Positions 1-9,888 of a stretch of DNA of 64,000 bases are shown piece by piece. This stretch comes from Cenarchaeum sp. (GTDB taxonomy: Archaea > Thermoproteota > Nitrososphaeria > Nitrososphaerales > Nitrosopumilaceae), in assembly GCA_965206845.1 (NCBI GenBank), contig OZ242221.1, forward strand, positions 96,001 to 160,000. The letters are read 5' to 3'. The notes below the pieces were generated by a model. That model was not told where the DNA came from. It saw only the letters and a program-made list of their open reading frames with translations, and searched no databases. Each line of letters starts with the position of its first letter. The first letter of the stretch is position 1. A program made the position numbers and the translations under genes.

Positions 1-246
1 CATGTGTGCCAGAATCCGATCCTTCACGTACTTGTCCACAAAGTCCTCCAGCGGGGTGGTTCCTGTCACGGGATCTGCACTGTAGCTGAACCACAAAGAG
101 ATCATCAAGCTGTTGTAGTACTCGACATCCACGTCCGTGCTGTAGGGATACCTGTCTCGGGCCTTCGCTAGGTCGCCGCGGCGCTCTTGCTGCACGTACT
201 CGTGGAAGACCTGTGGGAAGTTGTCTTCGTTAACCTCGGGGCACAT
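1..246 (-). CDS. Hypothetical protein, runs off the window edge; paralog of 2315..2800
   Basis: Hand translation from ATG 246: MCPEVNEDNFPQVFHEYVQQERRGDLAKARDRYPY...LWFSYSADPVTGTTPLEDFVDKYVKD, which aligns with NYPEFLLQY..DLVDAMLECPY..W..NPKTGTTILEEFIERHVTD of 2315..2800. Absent from the ORF track. Confidence 0.75.
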   Translation of the reverse strand, partial: MCPEVNEDNFPQVFHEYVQQERRGDLAKARDRYPYSTDVDVEYYNSLMISLWFSYSADPVTGTTPLEDFVDKYVKDRILAHM

Positions 247-403
247 GCCACAGATAATGAAGCCTAGAATATAACGCCTGCCATATGGGAGTTCTTCAGC
301 AGATACTCAGGTGTGCATCCTTAGATCCATGATTAGAATCCAGAGAACTGTGCCGTAGGCACCACAAGTCTTGCCATATCCACACCTGATCAGACACTAT
401 GTG

Positions 404-548
404 TTGCTGATATAAGGGCAACCGTAGTAACCGCCCTGTTGGACCTGAGAGTCGATGAGACCCTGCCACGTATGAGGGCGTTACTCAGACTGACTCAAGG
501 TATGCGGATAGTGAAATACCGCTTTGACGGTAAATGGGAGTTTTCCGC
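404..548 (+). ncRNA. Putative IS110 bridge RNA (5' hairpin plus two internal-loop stem-loops)
   Basis: gttgc/gcaac hairpin 404-422; agtaac(c)gccct 426-437 pairs with agggcgttact 475-485; gcgga 504-508 pairs with tccgc 544-548, enclosing hairpin taccg-ctttga-cggta 517-532. Lies directly upstream of an IS110 recombinase. Confidence 0.6.
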
Positions 549-584
549 TGGTCGGGTCCACTTTACTGCAAAGGAGGTGAGAGA

Positions 585-1658
585 ATGTATTACATTGGAA
601 TAGACGTTCACAGAAAGAAGTGCGTTACAACGATCAAGGAAGACAGCAAGCGGGTGCTGAAACGCACCTCGTTTGACAACGACACCACCGGAATAAACGG
701 GTTCATCGGGATGCTCCGCAGTGACGGGTACCTGCCGGCCACTGCGGCCTGCGAATCGACCGGCAACTATTGGATCGTCCTGCACGACACGCTGGAGGCG
801 GCGGGCATCGACACCCTGCTGGCGCACCCGTACCACCTCAAGATAATCACCCAGACCGCCTACAAGAACGACAAGGCCGACTCGGAGAAGCTGGCCGAGT
901 TGTGCAGGCATGACATGATCCCGGAGTCGTTTGTGGTAAATGCCGCCCAGCGCGACATGCGCGAGCTGACCCGCAGCCGCCTTGGACTGGTGGGCGACAC
1001 GGTAGCGCCCAGAAACCGCATCCACGCGATCGTTGCCAGGTATTCCTACAAGCGTCCCAGCTGCGGACTGTTCACAGGCGGCGGTCTGGAGTGGCTGCAG
1101 AGCCTGTCCCTGAGCGAGACCGACCGTCTGGGGGTGGACACCCACCTGGCCAAGCTGGTCTTCCTGCGGGGGCGGATCGCCAGGTACGAAAGGAGGATAG
1201 CCGAGATCGCCCGGAACGACCCGCGGGCGCGGCTCATCATGATCATCCCCGGAATAGGCTACATTACGGCGGTAACCATACTGGCCGAGATCGTCGACCA
1301 CGGGCGCTTTGCCAACGCAGAAAAGCTGGTCTCCTACGCCGGACTGTCGCCGAGGCACCACAACAGCGGGGATACTGTCAGGACGGGCGGCATAACAAAG
1401 CGCGGCTCCGTCTGGCTGCGCACCGCCATGGTCGAGGCCGCCTTCACCGCCATCAGGCACGACGCCCGGATAGGGGCGCGCTACCACAAGCTGGCAGCCC
1501 GCATAGGGACCATGAAGGCAAGGGTGGCCACGGCCAGGGTCATGCTAGAATGGGTCTGGGAGATGCTGAACAGCGGCACCGAGTACAGGGGAATAGACAG
1601 AAAACTCGTCAGGCGGAAAATGCAGATGACAAGGTGTATCGCCGAGTCCCAGGCGTAA
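585..1658 (+). CDS. IS110-family DEDD transposase/recombinase
   Basis: GIDVH, CESTG and KNDKADS RuvC-like motifs; IPGIG, YAGLSP..NSG and ITKRG C-terminal domain; SD-like AAGGAGGTGA at 571-580 supports the ATG at 585. Confidence 0.95.
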   Translation: MYYIGIDVHRKKCVTTIKEDSKRVLKRTSFDNDTTGINGFIGMLRSDGYLPATAACESTGNYWIVLHDTLEAAGIDTLLAHPYHLKIITQTAYKNDKADSEKLAELCRHDMIPESFVVNAAQRDMRELTRSRLGLVGDTVAPRNRIHAIVARYSYKRPSCGLFTGGGLEWLQSLSLSETDRLGVDTHLAKLVFLRGRIARYERRIAEIARNDPRARLIMIIPGIGYITAVTILAEIVDHGRFANAEKLVSYAGLSPRHHNSGDTVRTGGITKRGSVWLRTAMVEAAFTAIRHDARIGARYHKLAARIGTMKARVATARVMLEWVWEMLNSGTEYRGIDRKLVRRKMQMTRCIAESQA

Positions 1659-2314
1659 CGCCAGGCACTTCCGTCCGGGGGCGTTTCGCCGCCCCTGCAC
1701 AGGCGAGGGGCGGCTCAACGCCCCTTCCGTTCCCTCTGGCTGCCAAAAACAGTGTTGGCAGTAGCCGTCCGGCGCGCGCCGCCCGGCGCGGCAGCCGCCG
1801 GCACACTGGAACTTCCCGGATTTTTAACCGCCTTCCCGCCGCGGCCCGGCGGGGCAACTGCGGCTCCCGTGTAGGGGGTAGCCAGCGCAGGCTGCGCGCC
1901 ATCCGGCGATCCCGTCCGGGACAGGACAGGTTCCGCTCCGAGACGGGCCCGAATATTTAAAAAACCGGCCGGCTAACCTGCAACTGGACTGAACCAGACG
2001 CATTGCCAACACATGACATCTGCGGGCGCAGACGCCCGTAACACATGGGAGTCTCATGTGCCCGTCTGTCATATGGAGGCTAGACGAGAATCGACAGGAA
2101 ATTCGAACCCACGGGCTGGCGGACTCGAGAATGTGCCAAGCGTGTGTTTACGTTGCCAGAACCCGTAAGCGTTCACGCCCCCCATTAATTCACGACTAGC
2201 TGCCACTATGCAGACACGCCCATAGGCACGGATCGGTAGTGGACGTGAACGCCTATGCCAGAACCCGACCCTGCAGTCCGAAAAATACATTTTACGCGTC
2301 TCTGACCGTTCTGT

Positions 2315-2800
2315 ATGCCACATGCCATTACCGCGAAGAACTATCCCGAGTTCCTCCTTCAGTACGCGGACAAAAAGTACTTCCTCGATCTGGTGGATGC
2401 CATGCTTGAATGCCCGTACCGTCTGGGGTTCGACAACGCAAATTATGCAGACACCCAATCCGCGGTCTGGGCCACCCACGCATGGGTCAATCCTAAGACC
2501 GGAACCACGATACTTGAAGAGTTCATAGAAAGACACGTGACGGACAGCAGGGTTGCCGCCAAGATTCTCCAAGCAAAGAATCTCATTCATGACAGGTTCG
2601 AGGTACTCAAGAACAACGGCAACAGGGTCGTTACGGCAAGAGCCGGCGGAAGCGGTGCCACATACAGGATCGCAATGGGTTCTGGGATGGCATACGCGCT
2701 TGATAAGGGATCTGCATTTATCGGGCTGATACACCCATGGGGGGCAGACGGAACGCACAAGGCAGCCGGGTTATGGATGATTGTGAGACCGGACAAGTGA
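2315..2800 (+). CDS. Hypothetical protein, paralog of 1..246
   Basis: 161-aa ORF with protein-like composition; similar to the divergent gene at the window start. Confidence 0.7.
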   Translation: MPHAITAKNYPEFLLQYADKKYFLDLVDAMLECPYRLGFDNANYADTQSAVWATHAWVNPKTGTTILEEFIERHVTDSRVAAKILQAKNLIHDRFEVLKNNGNRVVTARAGGSGATYRIAMGSGMAYALDKGSAFIGLIHPWGADGTHKAAGLWMIVRPDK

Positions 2801-3131
2801 TCCTGGGATCTGATTTGCAATTAGCACCCAGACACAAGATGTACGCGATTTCCAAACCGATCACGCATGGTTTTGCTTATTGTGGATCACGTCTCTGACA
2901 GGCGGCAGACCGTCACCGGACCACAGGCGACGCACCGCCGCGATCCCCCGCGCAGCAGGCCGGGACGCGCCAGCCCTCCTCCACCCCCCCACGGATGGCC
3001 GGTTTTGGGAGTCCCTGTAGGCAGATGCGACGCAGTTCTGCCCATGCGCGCGATCCCCCGCATGCCATGCAACCGATCCCTGAAACGGGTACCCGTTGGG
3101 GAAGAGGATCCGAATGCATGCTGCAAGAACG

Positions 3132-4340
3132 GAGGTTGGTGCGTAATTCTCCGAACCGCCTAGACCCGTCCGATACGTTCAATGATCCGCGATCTCCCGC
3201 ACGCGGCAATGAGCGAACACAACAGACGGGAAGGGTACTGGCAGTATTATGAGCTGGCAAAGGAAGTCGAGGCGCCTAGTCTGAAGAAGGAGCTGATCGA
3301 GATAATCCGGGAGAACCCTTGCCCGCGCCGAGAAAACGGCAACAGGGGTCGTCCCCCGGTTCACTCCAAGGAGAAACTGGACTTTGCCTGTCTGCTGATG
3401 ATGGCAGGCAACAACACCTATCGCGGAGTCGAATCGGATCTGCGGGGCATGCGGACACCATGGGACAACGAGCCCGTCCCGGACCATACCACACTGGTCA
3501 GGCACCTCCAGACGATACCGGCAGACTGGCTCGATCTGATCGTGGCCGAGACGGCCCGCCGTTGCATCAAGGAGGCGGACGAGGCGACGGGTCCGCTGGG
3601 CGCCGACAGCAGCGCGGCGGAGACCACTAGGTACGAATACGTCGAGAGGCCGAGCAGGGAGGAGCGCGACTTTGTCGAGACACGCCAAAAGACCTACTGG
3701 AAATACCACATAACGGCCATCTTGGGCCTGCAGATCGTGCTGGCGGCGTTTACCACGCCCGGCAACATCAACGACACGACCATGCTTCCAGTCATGCTGG
3801 CTGAGATCAGGCGCCGCGGGTTTGACTTTGCGGGGAACTTCTTTGACGGGGACAAGGGGTACGACTCTGACTACAACTGCGAGCTGCTGTTCTGGATGGG
3901 CATGATCCCCAACATCAGGCAACGGAAGGATGCCGTCAACCGTGGCAAGCCACACAGGAGGAAGGCGGCCGGCATGTTCAGCGATAGCGAGTACAGAAAG
4001 AGGGCCCTGATAGAGGACATCTTCGGGGCCGAGGAGACCCGGCGGCACCAGCTGCACTGCCGGTTCGTCCGGAAGGACAACCGGCGCCTGTTCGCCAAGG
4101 GAAGGGCGATCGCCTGGAACATCCGGGTCCTCAACCGGTTCGAGTGCGCCAACCGGCTAAACATACCAATACCCTCCTACGGTGGCGTGGCGCACGCGGA
4201 GTGCGCCTGATGATCCGACCCGTCAGTAGCTGATCACGGCGTGCGGGCAACAAAAGCTCGACACGCACCAAAGCACCGCCGGTGAAAACGCGGCGGGAGA
4301 CGCACATAAGCAGGACGGAGCAGAATTACGCACCAACCCC
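3132..4340 (+). mobile_element. IS4/IS5-superfamily insertion sequence, copy 1 (1209 bp)
   Basis: TIR g(a/g)ggttggtgcgtaattct; 9-bp TSD gcaagaacg (3123-3131 / 4341-4349); same length as the copy at 37010-38218. Confidence 0.93.
3182..4210 (+). CDS. DDE transposase (DDE_Tnp_1-like)
   Basis: PDHTTL, GADSS, DGDKGYD and Y..R.LIE..F motifs, inside TIRs. Confidence 0.9.
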   Translation: MIRDLPHAAMSEHNRREGYWQYYELAKEVEAPSLKKELIEIIRENPCPRRENGNRGRPPVHSKEKLDFACLLMMAGNNTYRGVESDLRGMRTPWDNEPVPDHTTLVRHLQTIPADWLDLIVAETARRCIKEADEATGPLGADSSAAETTRYEYVERPSREERDFVETRQKTYWKYHITAILGLQIVLAAFTTPGNINDTTMLPVMLAEIRRRGFDFAGNFFDGDKGYDSDYNCELLFWMGMIPNIRQRKDAVNRGKPHRRKAAGMFSDSEYRKRALIEDIFGAEETRRHQLHCRFVRKDNRRLFAKGRAIAWNIRVLNRFECANRLNIPIPSYGGVAHAECA

Positions 4341-4472
4341 GCAAGAACGGTAAAAAATTTGAAGGTCTGGCGCCGGCACGGAGCCGCGTGGCGGCCATGA
4401 TGCCCGGAGTGTCCCTGCCTGCCGGAAGTGATCCTATCGCATGCCAGAGCCGGGAACCGGGTTTACGCCCGC

Positions 4473-6107
4473 CTAGACGGACTTAAGCTCCTCTAGAAGC
4501 GAGGGGCGCCTGCGGAACTCTTCCTTTAGGGATGCCAGGAACTCTTCAAACCCTTGCTCGTGTCCCGGAACCGACTTCATCTTCCTTAGGTGTTCGCCGA
4601 ACCTCTTGTAGTGCTTCTTGGCCCTGCCCACGTCGGTCTCTTCCACAAGATCCTTGTATGCCGTGTGGTACTTTGCCGGATACCTCTCGCACAGGTCGCC
4701 GTGGTACGCCTCAAGCAGATCGAGATTCTTGGATGCCACGACCTCGGAGATCGCCCTGTCGTACTTGCCCTCCCTGAGCAGCACGGCGACTAGGGCCGCG
4801 GCGTTTCTGCGGCGCCTGAGGCTCTGGATCACCGACTCGAGCGTCTCCTGTCGGTTGCCGGACGACTCCATGAGTGCGTCATAGTACCGCCACTCCAGCG
4901 TGTCACATAACAGGCCCTCTAGCAGCTCCGAGCGCCTAGGATCCGCGTCTCCGTACAACCAGACCGCGGCATCCCTGATCATCACGTATGGGAAGAGCCT
5001 CATTCCCTCCTCTGCGACCTGTAGCGCCTTGCTGGGATCCGACCTCTTCAGGTGATTGATGTAACCCAGGCACACGTCCGGATCGCTGCGGTAGTGCTTC
5101 AGATAGGCGCCGTCCAAGGAATCGTCTTCCAGCCCCTCCAGAAGGTGCACCTGCATGTTCACCAGCTTTGCAGCCGCATAGTCCTCGTTGCCGCGTATCC
5201 TGTCTGGCAGGATTGGCTCCAGTAGACTCTTCCAGTGCTCGAGATCCTGCCTGTCCGTACATATGCCCTCAAGGGCATCCTGGTAGCACTCCTCAAACTC
5301 CGGGGGATCGAAGCTCACCGCCCTCTCAAACAGGTACGATATGTGCACGCGCTTCTGCTGGTGTTCAAGACTCTGTCCGTTTATGCAATCAGTCATCCCA
5401 CGCACGGCCTTGAAGAAGTAGCGGTCGTAGCGTCCGCTGGAATCATATATGCGCTCCATGTTAGCGGCCACGACCTCAGATATGTCAGTGTATATCCGGA
5501 CGGCCTCGTCAAGACTGCCTCCCTTCTCCTTCATTCTGGCCGCGTCGAAGAACTCGCCCAAGTTTACCCTGGCCTCATACACGTCGGTACTGTACGCCCG
5601 GCTGTATGCCGCATCCATCTCCTCCCGGTAGTTGCGGCGGGTGTCCGCTCCAAAATAGGCCATAAACTGCTTCCGCAGGTTCTTGTCGCGCGCCATCGCG
5701 GACTCCAAGAATTCCCTCAGCTCTGCATGAGATGCGCCGTTGAGGACGCCTTTGATGCCCACTTTCTTCCCGGTTCCGCCCCTAGGAAGACCCGCAAGGT
5801 TCTCGGACGCATACAGCAGGACGGCGACAATGTGTTCACAAATGCCCGCCCCGTCGTACCTGCACGTGCAGTCGTGCCGCGGGTTGCCAAGAAGCAGAGA
5901 TGCCTTCACGCGGTACTTTTCGGTCTCGACGACATGCGCAGTTATGAAGCCGTTGCTGACTCTGACCGATTTTACCATGCCCTGCTTGTAGTATTCCTGC
6001 CCCCTTACGAATACGGCCTCTGTGCACATGCCACTTATCCTCTGCGCTGTGGGCTTGCCGATGATCGTGATCCGGACGGGGGACTGCCCGGGCTTGCGGG
6101 CGCCCAT
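4473..6107 (-). CDS. SWIM zinc-finger domain protein with helical C-terminal region
   Basis: RG.EYY..G.V ... CTC-x7-CEHIVAVL SWIM signature; 544 aa. Confidence 0.8.
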   Translation of the reverse strand: MGARKPGQSPVRITIIGKPTAQRISGMCTEAVFVRGQEYYKQGMVKSVRVSNGFITAHVVETEKYRVKASLLLGNPRHDCTCRYDGAGICEHIVAVLLYASENLAGLPRGGTGKKVGIKGVLNGASHAELREFLESAMARDKNLRKQFMAYFGADTRRNYREEMDAAYSRAYSTDVYEARVNLGEFFDAARMKEKGGSLDEAVRIYTDISEVVAANMERIYDSSGRYDRYFFKAVRGMTDCINGQSLEHQQKRVHISYLFERAVSFDPPEFEECYQDALEGICTDRQDLEHWKSLLEPILPDRIRGNEDYAAAKLVNMQVHLLEGLEDDSLDGAYLKHYRSDPDVCLGYINHLKRSDPSKALQVAEEGMRLFPYVMIRDAAVWLYGDADPRRSELLEGLLCDTLEWRYYDALMESSGNRQETLESVIQSLRRRRNAAALVAVLLREGKYDRAISEVVASKNLDLLEAYHGDLCERYPAKYHTAYKDLVEETDVGRAKKHYKRFGEHLRKMKSVPGHEQGFEEFLASLKEEFRRRPSLLEELKSV

Positions 6108-6150
6108 GTCTTGTAGTTTCCTGCATGGTTTTTATGCTTTGGGAATCCGA

Positions 6151-6806
6151 AACTCTGTTTCCTAATTATTTCCAGTCATGCCTAACGGTTCCAAAACCAG
6201 GTCAGATTAGGCAATGCCAACTGAATTTGAGCTTCACATCAGGCATTTTCAACAAGAAGCCATATTGATCAGAGAGGTGCGCCGGTAGTCAGGCCACCAA
6301 ACATGACCACAAACACCTCCTCTCCGAATACACCTGACCCACATAATACTAAAAAATCTTCCAATTCGAAAAAATGCAGGTTCCAGTACGATGACCGCAA
6401 GTACATAGACCGTGGCCAGCTGTACGTGCTTCAGATAAGCATGGCGATCCTAAAGCAGGGCCTGGAGGAGCTAAATCATGGAAAGGTCGGCCGTCCGTTT
6501 GGCTTTTCAAACGCATGCTTTGCGGCAGCATCCCTGTTCAGAAACGCCACGGGCATAAAGTACAGGCAGCTGCAGGGCCTGGCAGAGGCAATCGTCAGCA
6601 AGGTAAATGCGCCCACATACTCGGCATTCCAGAAGAGGATGACAAAACTCGACTGCACTTTTGATGAGAAAGGCAGTGGCAATACGGCTGCCGCATGGTT
6701 CTCAGACGGCAACACGAGAACCGAGATAAGCCTGTTTGCCTTTGACTCCACCGGGCTCAAGCCTACAAACCGCGGTGACTGGATGACAGCAAAGTGGGGC
6801 ACGAGG
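6151..6806 (+). mobile_element. Truncated IS5-family (IS903-like) element, 5' part only
   Basis: TIR aactctgtttcctaattat at 6151; ORF from 6303 nearly identical to the N-terminus of 26526..27704 and cut at KWGTR by the next IS. Confidence 0.9.
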
Positions 6807-8035
6807 GGCTGTGTCCTAGAGATATAACCCCACAATCATCCGCCGTCGTCGCGTCGGTACAGGTATTCTTCGAATTCTTGGGATTGTGGCATTTTTCACA
6901 TACCGCCGGCTTCAAATGTTGTCCGAAACTGTAAAATCCCATCCGATCCAAGGGATGGTGCGCAGGCTCCCCCACGGACGGCGCGGAGGTCACCGCGCCA
7001 GTCAGGCAGCCATTGCAGTGAGCGACTCGTGCGTGAGCCTGCTGCTTTTTACGTGCGATCGCGCGACCACCTCGATGTTGTAGCAGATGACCCGGATTGC
7101 TATCTCCCGGCTCTGCCTGGCGCGCCTGCGACTCCTGAGGTGGTTCCCATACATTCTCTTGATTGCCCAAAGACGGCCTTGATGATGCTGCGCTGGTGGT
7201 ACTCGTCCATGAACCGGTCCAGCTCGTTCCTATGCGTACGGATCATGCCGCCCCAGGCCTGGCTGCCCTCGTTCCTGCAGACGGTGTTGGACTTGGGCCG
7301 GATGCGCGGTACCAAGTCCTTGGCAGCTATCACGTCGCAGATCTTCCTGGTCAGGTAAGTCGAGTCCAGGCAGAAATCGGCGCCTTCTTCGATCCTGTCC
7401 GGCATCGGCCACATTCTGGAGATGTCGGAGGTATACCCGTCGGTGACTAGGTAGTCCAGGATTGCCCTGGTGGAGACGTCGACGATGCTGTGCATCTTGA
7501 CCCAGCCGCGCTTGAGCCTGACCTGGTCGTGGCGGATGCTGAACCACCTGACAAACCTGTTGCTGGAGTAGTCGGTGCTGTCCCCGGCCAGATAGCCAGC
7601 CACCACGATATCGCCGATGACCCTCGCGCGGACCGCCCGCAGGTACTGCTCGGGGATCATGCCGTAGGCACGCCAGATGGTGCTCTTGGAGGGTATCCTG
7701 GGTAGTCCGATCCTGCGGACGATATCCGGATGCATCCTGAGGTGGCCCACCATCTTCCGGTATGTCCTCAGCTCTGCCTCCATCAGGATGCAGACTATCG
7801 CCATGGCTCTTGGGGGATAGGCGGTCATGCCGCCCAGTCCGGGTTTGGCTTGGTATGGGTCGCCCAGATCCTCGACTATCTTCAGTATCGTGTTCAGTAT
7901 GAGGCCCGGCAGATGTTGCTGTACCAACTCGTACGGTTGCTGATCGCGTTTTCTTTTTTTCATTGGGCCGGGCCGCGATCATCCGATCATTATGCCTTGC
8001 GATTTTGAGGGAGTATATGTCCGTGGGACACAGCC
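6807..8035 (-). mobile_element. IS5-like element with a C-terminally frameshifted transposase (ORF 7100..7963)
   Basis: TIR ggctgtgtcc at 6807-6816 / ggacacagcc at 8026-8035; PSKSTI, AGDST, WVKMH and degraded LDSTY, YHQRS motifs. Confidence 0.8.
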
Positions 8036-8049
8036 TTCTTTGCTTTATT

Positions 8050-8535
8050 GTACGGCAATTATGTCCGCCTAAGATCAGGCGTAGCGTAAAGGATTACTTT
8101 GCCATTTACCGATCAAGAAAAGTAGTAAAACGACTGACGGCGGATGCCATACGATACGCGATAAGACAGCGTAAGAATGGCAAAAGCGCGCCCACGATAG
8201 CATCAGAACTGGGTGTGACTCCCAGACATGTCAGGAGGCTGTGGGTCTGGTTCTGCAGGACGGGCACCCCGCATGTGCTGCGTCGCCCAGGAAGGAAGCC
8301 AGTGCAGCCCATCACGGACGAGATACGGATGGTGCTTGGGGGAACACAAGTGGGAGCCGGTCGGCGTGCCGCGCATGGCGAGGCGCCTGCGGAAAGACCA
8401 CGTTATGAGCTACAACAGCATATGCCGGATAATGAAGGTGAACGGACTGGTGACCCCGTCGGCTGCAAAGTCCAGGAAGAGAAAGTGGGTACGCTACGAG
8501 AGGAGGCATTCTAACTCCATGTGGCATACGGACTG
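8050..8535 (+). pseudogene. IS481-like transposase fragment (HTH plus start of integrase core)
   Basis: IASELGVTPRHVRRLW HTH, frameshift, then KWVRYERRHSNSMWHTD; cut by the IS630 end at 8536. Left boundary approximate. Confidence 0.7.
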
Positions 8536-9872
8536 ACGCATAGTCAAGGCCATAAAGATCCGCTCATTTTCCAAGAGAAGCATTCCAAAAATCAAGCACG
8601 GTAAGGATTCGTGATTATGGCATGTGGGCATGCCGTCCACGAGGTTGGCATGAGGCGGTTTGGAGTCACGGGCACATGTTGCCGTGGGGGTTTGGTTCGC
8701 CGTTCAATGAGCGAGGTATTTCATCAGCCTGACTGGCCTCATCTGGCCCGAACCGATCAGGTCTGTTATTGCACCGACAAGGCCGTCTGTCGATTCGAAG
8801 TACTTTCTCGCAAGCATTTCCTTGAGCACCCTCCACTGGATCTCGATTGGGTTGAGTTGTGGGGTGTATGGCGGGAGGCAGGCCAGCTTGATCTCACCGC
8901 AGGTGGACTTGACGAACTCGTTTACCGCCCTGTACCTGTGGTATGATGTGTTGTCCAAGAGTATGACTAGCCGACCGTATTCTTGGCGCAACTCCTTGAG
9001 AAATTCCATGAACGTCTCGGAGTTCGTGCGCTGCACGGCCTTTACGTGGATCCTGTCTCGTCCAAGCGCCCCGAACAGCCTGATTGCCTTGGTGGAGAAC
9101 CCGGTGTGCACCTCGTCGCGGCCCTTGGCCTGGCGCCACCCGTATCCTGGCGATGTCCCGCGCATGACGCTTGACTCGTTCACTGCCAGCACCGCGTACC
9201 CGTGCCCGGACACGTACAGGATCGTCCTTTTCACACTTTTCTTGAACATGTCCTGCTCTTCTGCAGGGGCGGTCTTGCGCGGCACCGGCCTAGGCCTGGA
9301 GTACGAAAGGCCGAGGCGGCGCAAGATCCTCCGCAGCGTGCGGGGTCTGGCGTGCCTGCCGGTCTCCCCCCTGATCATCTCGTTTACCATGTCCAGACGC
9401 CACGACGCCGGCCCGAACCCGTACCTCGAGGGATCCCTGCGCGCCCGCCCCGTTATCTTCTTGAGCGTCTGCGGACTCGGGATCTTCTTCCTTCCGGTCG
9501 ACTTCCGATCAAACCTTCCGCCCAGGCCGCGCCATCCGGACGAGCCAGCCGCGAATGGTGGAGTACGGCCTCATCAGTTCGCGTGCGATGAACCATACCC
9601 CATTGCTCCCCTTGCGCTTGCAGCAGGCGACCGGGATGTCTCTGGCCTTGCCGGGAGAAGACCTTTTGATCATGCGGCAAAGAGCCCTCCTGCTCGTGCC
9701 GGGAAGAAACCTGCCTCCCTTTGGAAACCTTGCCCCATTGCGAACCGGCGCGCGTGAAAGTGTCATGCGGGCGCGGGATATGTGCCCGGATCAAAATCTT
9801 TCGGCTAATGGACACGGGCATCTAAAAATTCAGATGGCAAATTAGCGAAACATTTTGGCCTCGACTATGCGT
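8536..9872 (-). mobile_element. IS630-family element with a disrupted transposase (8704..9766)
   Basis: TIR acgcatagtc(a/g)aggcca at both ends; LRRLGLSY, VNES (catalytic D changed to N), LDNTSYH and LPPYTPQLNPIE motifs; ORF broken near 9509. Confidence 0.85.
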
Positions 9873-9888
9873 ACTGAAGAACATACAA

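Noticed and set aside
495-1960. Overlapping 330-aa and 289-aa ORFs across IS110
   Set aside because: Alternative-frame and antisense artefacts of high GC at third codon positions.
2930-3080. Short direct repeat cgcgatcccccgc (twice) upstream of IS copy 1
   Set aside because: Only two short copies in GC-rich DNA; no array or TIR support.
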